Source of the DNA: Candidatus Eiseniibacteriota bacterium
Lineage (GTDB): Bacteria > Eisenbacteria > RBG-16-71-46
NCBI GenBank assembly: GCA_005893185.1
Contig: VBOS01000149.1
Coordinates: forward strand, 1-25,064
Length of the DNA: 25,064 nucleotides
Direction of reading: 5' to 3'
Every line of letters begins with the position of its first letter. The first letter of the stretch is position 1. The notes below the pieces were generated by a model. It searched no databases. It had not been told where the DNA came from and was given only the letters and a program-made list of their open reading frames with translations. Shown one piece after another: positions 9,393-16,638 of this stretch. The translations under genes were made by a program, and so were the position numbers.

Positions 9393-11103
9393 GAATTCCT
9401 CCCGTGGTGGCGGCGACGGCCTCGCCGCTCCGGCACGACCAAGGCCAGATCGCACTCGCGGGCGGGCACATCCACCCGGGCCACGATCACGGCCACGGCG
9501 TCTCCCATGGTGAATCGCTTGCGGGTCCGGCGACCCGACATCCGGACCCCCGACGGCTCCAGGACGAAGTGATCGTCCAGATACTCTCCGATCCTCACGA
9601 AGCCCTCGGCGGGGACGTCGTCCAGCTCGACGAAGAACCCGCGGGGCACGAACCCGGTGATGATACCCGAAGCGCGCTCGCCGAGTCTCGTCGCGAGGTG
9701 GCGCAGGCACTTGACCTTGACCGCCTCGCGCTCGGCGTCGGCCGCGTTCTGCTCGGTGGCGCTGCAGCGCGCGGCCAGGGCCTCGAGCGCTACCGGGTCC
9801 CAGGCCGCGCTCTTCCTGCCGCGGATCCATTCCCGGACGCGGCGGTGGTTGTGGAGGTCCGGGTAGCGCCGGATCGGAGATGTGAAGTGGCAGTACTCGC
9901 GGGTGGCGAGTCCGAAGTGGCCGAGGTCGCGCTCGAGGTAACGCGCCTTGGTGAGCGAGCGCAGCACCAGCCGGTGGAGGAGCCGGCGGTGCGCGGGATC
10001 GAGAGGTGCTGCCAGCAGGCTCTGGAGCGCCCGCGCCGGCTCGTGCGGATGGCCGATGCGCGGCAGGCCGAGCACGCCGAGCATCGTGTCCAGCTCGGCG
10101 AGCTTCGAGGCCTGCGGCGGCTCGTGCACGCGGTAGAGCATGCCGGCCTTGCCGGCTCGCCCTGCTCGTCCACCCACGCCTTGGTCTCCGGTACGTCGAG
10201 ATCCAGCGCGCCCGACCCGAGCCTCTTCCGGCGCAGGGCGCGGGCGAGCGCCCGCATGTGCTCGAGCGCATGCATCAGCGACGTCGGAAGCTGGCGCTTG
10301 CCCTCGAGCGCCTCCTGCACCTCGCCGTAGTGGAGGCGGTGGCGGCTCCGGATCATGGTCTCCTCGAAGCGGCATCCGTGGAGCACGCCCTGCGTGTCGA
10401 GATCGGCGATCACGCTGAGCGCCAGCCGGTCGCGATCGGGCCGCAGCGAGCACAGGTCGGAGGAGAGCTTCTCGGGCAGCATCGGCACCACTCCGCCCGG
10501 CAGGTAGCAGCTCGTGCCGCGCGCCTCCGCCTCGGCGTCGAGCGAGGAGCCGACGGCGACGTAGTGGGAGACGTCGGCGATGTGGATGCCGACCGCATAG
10601 CGCCCGTGGCCGTGCGCACGAATCGAGAGCGCATCGTCGTGGTCGCGCGCGTCCTCGGGATCGATCGTGAAGACCAGGTGCTCGCGCATGTCGGCGCGGC
10701 CGTTGAGGTCGCTGGCGCCGGGCTCCGAAAACGCCTCCGCCTCGTGCTCGACCGCGGCGGGAAAACGCTGGCGCAGCCGGAACTGCGATGCGACGGCCGC
10801 GTCGTCCCACGCCGGGCGGTCCTCGACGCCCAGCACCTCGATCAGGAACGCGCGGTCGTCCTCCGTGATCTCGGCGATGACGAAGTCGCCGTCTTCGGGC
10901 TCGTGCGCGCGCTTCCAGGTGAGGGGGACGATGCCCGGACGCATGCGGCGCGCGGGATCGAACATCCAGCGGCCGTGCGTCTTCACAGCGCGCCCGAGAA
11001 GTCGCCTAGCCTCCATGTTCGCCAACGGCTTGCGGGTCCCCTCCCTGGAGACCCGCTGCGCGCTCGAACCCCGAAACTGCCCTCGTTCCGTCCTCTTTCT
11101 CAT
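9389..11103 (-). pseudogene. rnr: Ribonuclease R / RNB-family exoribonuclease, split by an internal deletion and frameshift near 10153
   Basis: The 5' half (from ATG 11103, frame of 9790..11196) has FTIDPEDARDHDDA, GIHIADVSHYV, RGTSCYLP..VPMLPEKLS..LCSL. The 3' half (frame of 9389..10810) has LYRVHEPP, HFGLA..YCHFTSPIRRYPDL and a C-terminal S1 domain. The frames switch at ...DEQGEP|KAGMLYRVH. Confidence 0.85.
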
Positions 11104-11164
11104 CCGTTGGCCCTCTCGCCCCCGATTTGCGTGCCCACGCCGGCCATGTCGAGCACGCGTACTG

Positions 11165-11374
11165 CTAGGGCTCCCCGTTCCGATGAAAGACCGCACCGGC
11201 GCGGAAGTCTACGTCATTCCGCTCCAAGGCGAGCGCATCGCCGATTCGCCAGCCCGTATCGAGGCGGTCCCTCCCGCTCGCGCACGCGCTCGAATGCGTC
11301 CTTGATGCGCCCCTCCTCCGCGATGCGCCGGGCCGCTCGCAGTTCGCGCTCCAGCCCCACGCGGGAGGCCGCAT
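11165..11374 (-). other. Possible small or degraded ORF upstream of rnr
   Basis: Perfect AGGAGG SD 4 nt before ATG 11374, giving a 69-aa ORF. The most protein-like segments lie in two different frames (GLERELRAARRIAEEGRIKDAFERVRERE and RLDTGWRIGDALALERNDVDFRAGAVF). Confidence 0.25.
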
Positions 11375-11465
11375 GCAACCTCCTGACCGGCCCGCCGTAT
11401 TGTCAACGAGGGCAATGTGCTCCCGGCCCGGGAGGGCACTCATTCCCACCACCCGGAGGTTCGCG

Positions 11466-11909
11466 ATGAGCAAGGAAAGGACGCTGGTCGTGCTGGTCGC
11501 AACGGACGCGTTTCTGGCGTTCTCGGTATGCGGAGTGGAGGCTTTCTTCCAGTGGACGCTTCCTTCGCCCCTGCGGGAATTCGTCGGCGGGTCGGGGCAC
11601 CCCAGCTTCCGGCAATTCGGGATGCTGTGGCTGTGGGGCCTGACGGCGGCATGCGCAATCACAGCCTGGATCGGGCTCGTCAACTACTGGTGGTTCGCCC
11701 GTCGCTTGTACATCGCATCCATGACAGCCACGTTGCTCCTCCGGCTGGCGTCCGGGCCGGTGGTGATGACCCCACTCGGGGCCATGCTCGACACGCTGGA
11801 CTGGGCGGCCGGCGGAGCGATTCTGGGGCTCGTCTACCTCTCCGATCTGAGTCGGCGCTTCGAGAGGCGGACCGTGCCGGTCGTGAACGGCGCGCAATCC
11901 AGGGCTTGA
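11466..11909 (+). CDS. Hypothetical integral membrane protein (147 aa, about 4 TM helices)
   Basis: SD GGAGG before ATG 11466 (MSKERTLVVLVA...). Several long hydrophobic segments. No family recognised. Confidence 0.7.
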   Translation: MSKERTLVVLVATDAFLAFSVCGVEAFFQWTLPSPLREFVGGSGHPSFRQFGMLWLWGLTAACAITAWIGLVNYWWFARRLYIASMTATLLLRLASGPVVMTPLGAMLDTLDWAAGGAILGLVYLSDLSRRFERRTVPVVNGAQSRA

Positions 11910-11928
11910 GGCCCGAGAGGGCGCGGCT

Positions 11929-12585
11929 TTAGCGCGACGATTCCCCGGCCACCGGCGACGCGCCGAGGACCTCGATGACCGTCACGGGGTGGATCTCCCA
12001 AGCGGTCGCGCGCCAGATGGTCTTGCCCGGCTTCCCGGTGTTGAGCGACTCCGGGGCGTGGTCGTAGTCGAACATCATCCATCCGGTCACGCGCACACGA
12101 TGGCGCGTGAGCGCGGCCGCGAGCGCAGCTGTGGACCAGTCCTTGCCCTGCGCGTGAACCTTACGCCGCCATCGTGGAGTCACCTCGACGATCACCCGCT
12201 GATCCGGCCGGGAGCGTTGCGCATCGAGCGAAAGCTCGATGTGCGTGTCGCGCCCGGCGGGGCTCGTCGCTTCGCAGTTGGCACTCTCGATGCCGCCGAC
12301 GTAGACCGTGTCCACGTAGCCATCTGCGATCGCGCCCCTGCCTGAGGAGAAGCGCGACTTGTCCTGGCCCGGGGCGACCATGGCCTCGAGCGTGATGGCG
12401 TGATCGATCTGGGCAGCTGCGGGCGCGGCGTCGCGATTCTTGAGCCGGTTGAGGGCGCGGGAACGGGCAGTCGGCCCGGTACCTTGGGGCGGGCATGACG
12501 GCGCCGCCGGCAGGGCCGGACCCACGAACGTCGCGCCCAGGAAGGCGAAAATCGCGATCTGCCGCGGCCACGGTCGGAGGCTCAT
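11929..12585 (-). CDS. Exported hypothetical protein, possibly OB-fold-like (218 aa)
   Basis: Likely start ATG 12585, with signal-peptide-like MSLRPWPRQIAIFAFLGATFVGPALPA. The body has RDTHIEL, VIVEVTPR, VRVTGWMMFD and WEIHPV segments, a pattern I associate with a conserved uncharacterised family. Confidence 0.7.
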   Translation of the reverse strand: MSLRPWPRQIAIFAFLGATFVGPALPAAPSCPPQGTGPTARSRALNRLKNRDAAPAAAQIDHAITLEAMVAPGQDKSRFSSGRGAIADGYVDTVYVGGIESANCEATSPAGRDTHIELSLDAQRSRPDQRVIVEVTPRWRRKVHAQGKDWSTAALAAALTRHRVRVTGWMMFDYDHAPESLNTGKPGKTIWRATAWEIHPVTVIEVLGASPVAGESSR

Positions 12586-12713
12586 GCCAGAGGTATCGAC
12601 CCCTCGGCGCGTGTCGTCCAGTCCGAGTCGAGGGACCGGCCCCGGGTCCATTGATGTGATCGAGGATCGAGGCTACTTCACTCTGCGCCCGCGGCGCCGC
12701 CCGGGACCGGCTG

Positions 12714-12722
12714 TGACATAAT
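12714..12722 (+). promoter_or_regulatory. Candidate extended -10 promoter element for the TMTC-like gene
   Basis: TG-A-CATAAT (TGn plus a near-consensus TATAAT) in the divergent intergenic gap. No recognisable -35. Confidence 0.35.
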
Positions 12723-12730
12723 CGGAGATC

Positions 12731-14612
12731 TTGAGCGAGCACCGAATCCGCTCCCAGAGCTCGAGGCCGGCCGCCAGAAATGAGCGCCGGGCTCGCGCGA
12801 CGCCCCCGCGCCGTCCCGTCACGGGAGGTCTCATGGCGGCGCTCGTCGTGACGGGGGCGGCGATCATCGCGTATCACAATTCCTTCGAAACCCCATTCCT
12901 GTTCGACGACCAGCCTCACATCCTGAGGAATCCACAGATCCGCCACCTGTGGCCACCGTGGGAGGCGATGGCGCACACGGGTCGGCCGATCGTGCAGCTT
13001 TCCCTCGCGGCCAATTACGCAGTGAGCGGCTTCGATCCCTGGAGCTACCACGCGATGAACGTGGCCATCCACGTTCTCGCGGGGCTCGTGCTCCTGGGCA
13101 TCGTCCATCGGACCTTCGCGAGCATCGAACTTCGCGATCGCTATCGCCCGGCAGCCGCCGGGCTCGCTATCGCCTCGGCACTGATCTGGATCGTTCACCC
13201 GCTGCAGACGGAGGCTGTGACCTACGTCATCCAGCGCTCGGAGTCGCTGGCGAGCCTGTTCTACCTGATCACCCTCTACGGGGCGATTCGGGGCGCCGAC
13301 TCCGCACGGGCATGGCGCTGGTACGTCGTGAGCGTGGCCTCATGCGCGCTGGGGATGGGAAGCAAGCCGGTGATGGTGACGGCGCCGGTCGCGATCTTGA
13401 TCTACGACCGCATGTTCCTCGCTCGCTCGTTCCGGGAGCTGTGGGATGCGCGACGCGGCCTGTACTTCGGCTTGTTCGCGACTCTGGGCCTGATGCCGCT
13501 CCTGTTCGCGAACGGACCTCAGGAGTGGCGAACCAGCGCGGGCCTCGGCGTATCTGGGGTGACACCGGTCCTTTACGCGGGCACCGAGCCCGGCGTCATC
13601 GTTCACTACCTTCGGCTCTGTCTGTGGCCACAACCGCTGTGCCTCGACTACGACTGGCCGATCGCCCGGACCGCGAGCGCCATCGTGGCGCCGGCCGTCA
13701 CCATCGCGGCGCTGGTGTCGCTCACGGCCTGGGCGCTTTGGAAGCGAAGTCGGCTTGGCTTCCTCGGCGTCTGGTTCTTTCTCGTCCTCGCGCCGACCTC
13801 GAGCGTGATCCCGATCGCCGATCCGGCGTTCGAGCATCGCCTTTACCTCCCGCTCGCGGCAGTGACGGTCCTCGGCGTGTGGGGGGGATACGAGGTGACC
13901 GTCGCCCTGGCGCGGAGGTTCGACTGGCCCGCCGCGACTCGCAGCATCGTCGCCGTCCTGGCGCTGCTGTCCATCGTCGGCCTCTTCACGGCACGGACGA
14001 TCGCCCGGAACTTCGACTACCGCAGCGCCATCGCCATTTGGACCGATACGGTGGCCAAACGCCCCGCGAATCCCCGCGCGCATACCAATCTCGGCATGGC
14101 GTACCTGACGGATCGGCGGGGCGACGAAGCGCTCTCGCAGTTCTACGAGGCCGTGCGCATCGATTCGAGCTACGGGTTCGGTCACCTGGCCCTGGCGATG
14201 GCATTGCGAATGGCGGGACGCTCCGATGAAGCGCTCCCGGCATGCCGACAGGCGGTCCGGCTCCCATTTCCTCCTGGGAAGCCTTCTGATCGACCGCGGG
14301 CAGGTCGATGAAGGCTACGACCACCTCTTGATCGCGGAGCGGCTCGAGCCTGATCGGGCGGCCACGCGGTACACCATCGGCATGGTGCTGGAACGCCGGG
14401 GCAAGACGAGCGAAGCGATCCGCGCCTATTCGGAGGCGGTGCGGATCAAGCCGGATTACGCGGACGCCCACCGCGACCTGGGCCTGGCGCTGGCGCGCGT
14501 CGGTCGCCTGGATGAGGCCCGCCGCGAGCTCTCGACCGCGCTGGCTCTATCTCCGGAGGATGCACGAGCGAGGCAGGGCCTCGATGAACTCCGGCAGGAC
14601 ACGGTCCGATAG
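12731..14612 (+). pseudogene. TMTC-like GT-C membrane glycosyltransferase (protein O-mannosyltransferase-like) with C-terminal TPRs, frameshifted near 14264
   Basis: FLFDD, YHAMNVAIH, HPLQTEAVTY..QRSE, SKPVMVTAP, YLRLCLWP..LCLDY and EHRLYLP are typical of the TMTC/DUF1736 family. TPRs continue in the 14226..14612 frame (HFLLGSLL...AHRDLGLALARVGRLDEA). The start may be ATG 12833, which has SD GGGAGG. Confidence 0.8.
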
Positions 14613-14660
14613 CGGCAGCCCGGCGACCCGCAGCCCATGACCGCGATGGAGCGAGAATTC

Positions 14661-14698
14661 CCGGCGCGCGGCCGCCCTTGGGCCCGGTCGCGCGCCGG
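14661..14698. terminator. 13-bp GC hairpin between convergent genes, possible bidirectional terminator
   Basis: CCGGCGCGCGGCC(14661-14673) pairs with GGTCGCGCGCCGG(14686-14698), with one G-T pair. It lies between the stops at 14612 (+) and 14706 (-). Weak U-tracts. Confidence 0.45.
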
Positions 14699-14705
14699 AT
14701 GGGTC

Positions 14706-14801
14706 CTACCGGATCCGCTTCTTGTGACGGTTCTTCCGCAGGCGCTTCTTTCGCTTGTGGGTCGCGATCTTCTTGCGCTTGCGTTTCTTTCCCGAGCCCA
14801 T
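14706..14801 (-). CDS. 31-aa Lys/Arg-rich AURKAIP1/COX24 (DUF1713, bS22/mS38-like) small ribosomal-type protein
   Basis: Below the ORF-track cutoff. Manual translation gives MGSGKKRKRKKIATHKRKKRLRKNRHKKRIR*, with SD AAGGAG. It matches the recalled GKKRKR.K.ATHKRKKRLRKNRHKK signature. Confidence 0.85.
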   Translation of the reverse strand: MGSGKKRKRKKIATHKRKKRLRKNRHKKRIR

Positions 14802-14833
14802 CGGATCTCCTTGTCGCGGTTTCGTCGAGCGAC

Positions 14834-15139
14834 CTACCGAACCACGGTCTCTTCCGGTTCCACGCTGCCCAGGACCTGGGCCTTCAGTTCCTTGCTGGGC
14901 TTGAAGAGCGGAACGAGCTTGGCGGGCACCATCACCTCGCCGCCGCTGCGCGGGTTGCGCGCCCGTCGCGCCCGTCGCTCGCGCACTTTGAATGTGCCGA
15001 AGCCGCGGATCTCGAGATGCTTGCCCTCGGTGAGCGCCTGGCTCACCACCTGGAAGAGCTCCTGCACGATGATGCCTGTGTGGCTCTTCGATACGCCGGT
15101 TTCCGTCGCGATCGTCTCCACGAGCTCGGCCTTCGTCAT
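14834..15139 (-). CDS. hup: Histone-like DNA-binding protein HU/IHF family (101 aa)
   Basis: Start ATG 15139 with SD AGGAGG. MTKAELVETIA...LEIRGFGTFKVRERRARRARNPRSG..V.VPAK.VP.FKPSKELK. Confidence 0.93.
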   Translation of the reverse strand: MTKAELVETIATETGVSKSHTGIIVQELFQVVSQALTEGKHLEIRGFGTFKVRERRARRARNPRSGGEVMVPAKLVPLFKPSKELKAQVLGSVEPEETVVR

Positions 15140-15150
15140 GGGGTCCCTCC

Positions 15151-15696
15151 TCAGGATTTCGGGTTTCGCCCTGTGGTGCTCACTGCTGCCGGCACACGCA
15201 ATCCGGTGAGCCGCATGGGCCCGGAGCCTTCTCCGGCCGCTGGCCCACGACCGCAAACGCGGAGAGCTGCCGCTGGACCTCGCGCGCCCCGCAGTGCGGG
15301 CACGGCGGGCTTGCCTCGTCCGCGCGCGCCTGCAGGTTCTCGAAGCGCTTCCCGCACGATGCGCAGTGGTACTCGAAAATCGGGATCGTCCCTCCTCGCG
15401 CGGCCTCCCCACGCCTCCCGCGCCTCGCGGCGCGAAATGCGCGACCGCAATGTAGCCACCACGACCGTGCGGATCGCGCCGCGTGGGCGGCGCAGCACCT
15501 GCGCCGCGCTGTTGCCTTCGTCCACCACCAGCACGCGATCGCCTACGCCCGCGTCCACCACGTCGACCGCCAGCATCGGCTGGCCCTTCGGGCTGCCTGC
15601 CACGTCCACCGGCTGGACGAGAAGCAGCTTGTGGGCCGCGAGGTCACCGTGCTTGATCGTGGCGACCACCTCCCCCACCACCCGCGCCGTGATCAT
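15151..15696 (-). CDS. BMC-P shell vertex pentamer (EutN/CcmL family) #3, normal C-terminus lost with read-through
   Basis: MITARVVGEVVATIKHGDL..KLLLVQPVD...AVDVVDAGVGDRVLVVDEG.SA. Homology stops at IRTVVVA (about 15454), where the usual (G/A)IVD strand is missing. The ORF then runs out of frame over the zinc-ribbon gene. Confidence 0.85.
   Translation of the reverse strand: MITARVVGEVVATIKHGDLAAHKLLLVQPVDVAGSPKGQPMLAVDVVDAGVGDRVLVVDEGNSAAQVLRRPRGAIRTVVVATLRSRISRREAREAWGGRARRDDPDFRVPLRIVREALREPAGARGRGKPAVPALRGARGPAAALRVCGRGPAAGEGSGPMRLTGLRVPAAVSTTGRNPKS
15180..15386 (-). CDS. FmdB-family zinc-ribbon protein (68 aa) with apparent ATC start
   Basis: Not in the ORF track. (I)PIFEYHCASCGKRFENL...CPHCGAREVQRQLSAFAV...CGSPDCVCRQQ* matches the MPxYEYxCxxCG..FE.L...CPxCG...R.LS.F pattern. 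AGGAGG (15391-15396) sits 4 nt before ATC at 15386-15384. Confidence 0.8.
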   Translation of the reverse strand: MPIFEYHCASCGKRFENLQARADEASPPCPHCGAREVQRQLSAFAVVGQRPEKAPGPCGSPDCVCRQQ

Positions 15697-16052
15697 CTCG
15701 CGGCTCCCGTCGACGGAGCGGGCCCGGTTGCCGGAGGCGGGCCCGACGTGGGCCCGGCCGCGCGTCCCGGCGGCGCGGGATCGAGTTTCTCCTCGCGGAG
15801 GTGGTCCACGATCCCCACGATCGCTGCATCGGCGGGATTGTCGGTGTTCGGGAGCGCCATCCCCGCCTCCCGGGCGCGCACGTAGAACACCTGCTGACCG
15901 GGCGCGGCCGAGACCAGGTCCACCGCCACGAACGGACGCCCCTGGTCCCCGCCCGACGTGTCCGTCGGCTGCAGGAGAAGGAGCCGGTGCCCCTTCCACG
16001 ATGGGACCTTCTCGGTGCAGACCACCGTTCCGATCACGCGCGCGAATCTCAT
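15693..16052 (-). CDS. BMC-P shell vertex pentamer (EutN/CcmL family) #2 with Pro/Gly/Ala-rich tail
   Basis: MRFARVIGTVVCTEK...LLLLQPTD...VAVDLVSAAPGQQV...ADAAIVGIVD, then a low-complexity tail. ATGA overlap with the next gene. Confidence 0.92.
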   Translation of the reverse strand: MRFARVIGTVVCTEKVPSWKGHRLLLLQPTDTSGGDQGRPFVAVDLVSAAPGQQVFYVRAREAGMALPNTDNPADAAIVGIVDHLREEKLDPAPPGRAAGPTSGPPPATGPAPSTGAAR

Positions 16053-16071
16053 GCGGGCATCGTCGCCGGCA

Positions 16072-16638
16072 TCATCGCTCGGCCGTCGCCCCCAGGATCT
16101 TCGCCTTCATCTGCGCGTGGAGCCGCGGCACCACCACCGAGCGCGTGAGCAGCCCGCGCTTCACGGCCTCGTCGCGTCCCGCTTCGATCGCGGCCTGCAC
16201 GTCGTGAACCGCGCCCGAGACGTAGAAATAACCCTTGCCGCCCAGCCCGTTGGCGAGCTTGATGTCGCGCACCACCACGTGGGCGGCCTTGGCGGCCTGA
16301 TCGGCCGCCACGATCGTGGCGGCAGCTGTCATGGTCTCGATCACTCCGAGCGCGTCGTGGTCCACCTTGGGAGCTGTGCCGGCCAGAGCCTGGAGCACGC
16401 TCTCGTGGATGTTGGGGATGAAGAGCGAATCGAGCAGCGTCTCGCCGGCCACGTCCACGCCGCGCCGGAACGATGCGCGCACCGGGCCGACCTCGCCGCC
16501 GATCAGCACCCAGTACTTGCCGGGCGAGAGCGTGCGGGCTTCCAGCAGCTCGACCTCGGCGGTCTTCACCATGGCGTCGCCGACCACGGTGCCCTGGGCG
16601 ATGCTGCTGGTCTCGATGGCGGCGATCGCGACCGGCAT
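16072..16638 (-). CDS. BMC-T tandem-domain shell trimer (PduT / single-layer type, 188 aa)
   Basis: Start ATG 16638 (TGATG overlap with the aldehyde dehydrogenase stop). Two BMC domains: IETSSIAQG..VGDAMVKTAEVEL...PGKY.VLIGGEV and ALGVIET...I.AADQAAKAA.V...GLGGKGY..VSGAVHDVQAAIEAG. Confidence 0.92.
   Translation of the reverse strand: MPVAIAAIETSSIAQGTVVGDAMVKTAEVELLEARTLSPGKYWVLIGGEVGPVRASFRRGVDVAGETLLDSLFIPNIHESVLQALAGTAPKVDHDALGVIETMTAAATIVAADQAAKAAHVVVRDIKLANGLGGKGYFYVSGAVHDVQAAIEAGRDEAVKRGLLTRSVVVPRLHAQMKAKILGATAER

Noticed and set aside
8875-9471. Apparent 199-aa N-terminal extension of AroA
   Set aside because: It overlaps the PilZ gene in another frame. AroA homology begins at ATG 8874.
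11401-11406. Perfect TTGACA on the minus strand upstream of rnr
   Set aside because: No plausible -10 hexamer at 16-18 bp (GGAGGT), so a promoter is not supportable.
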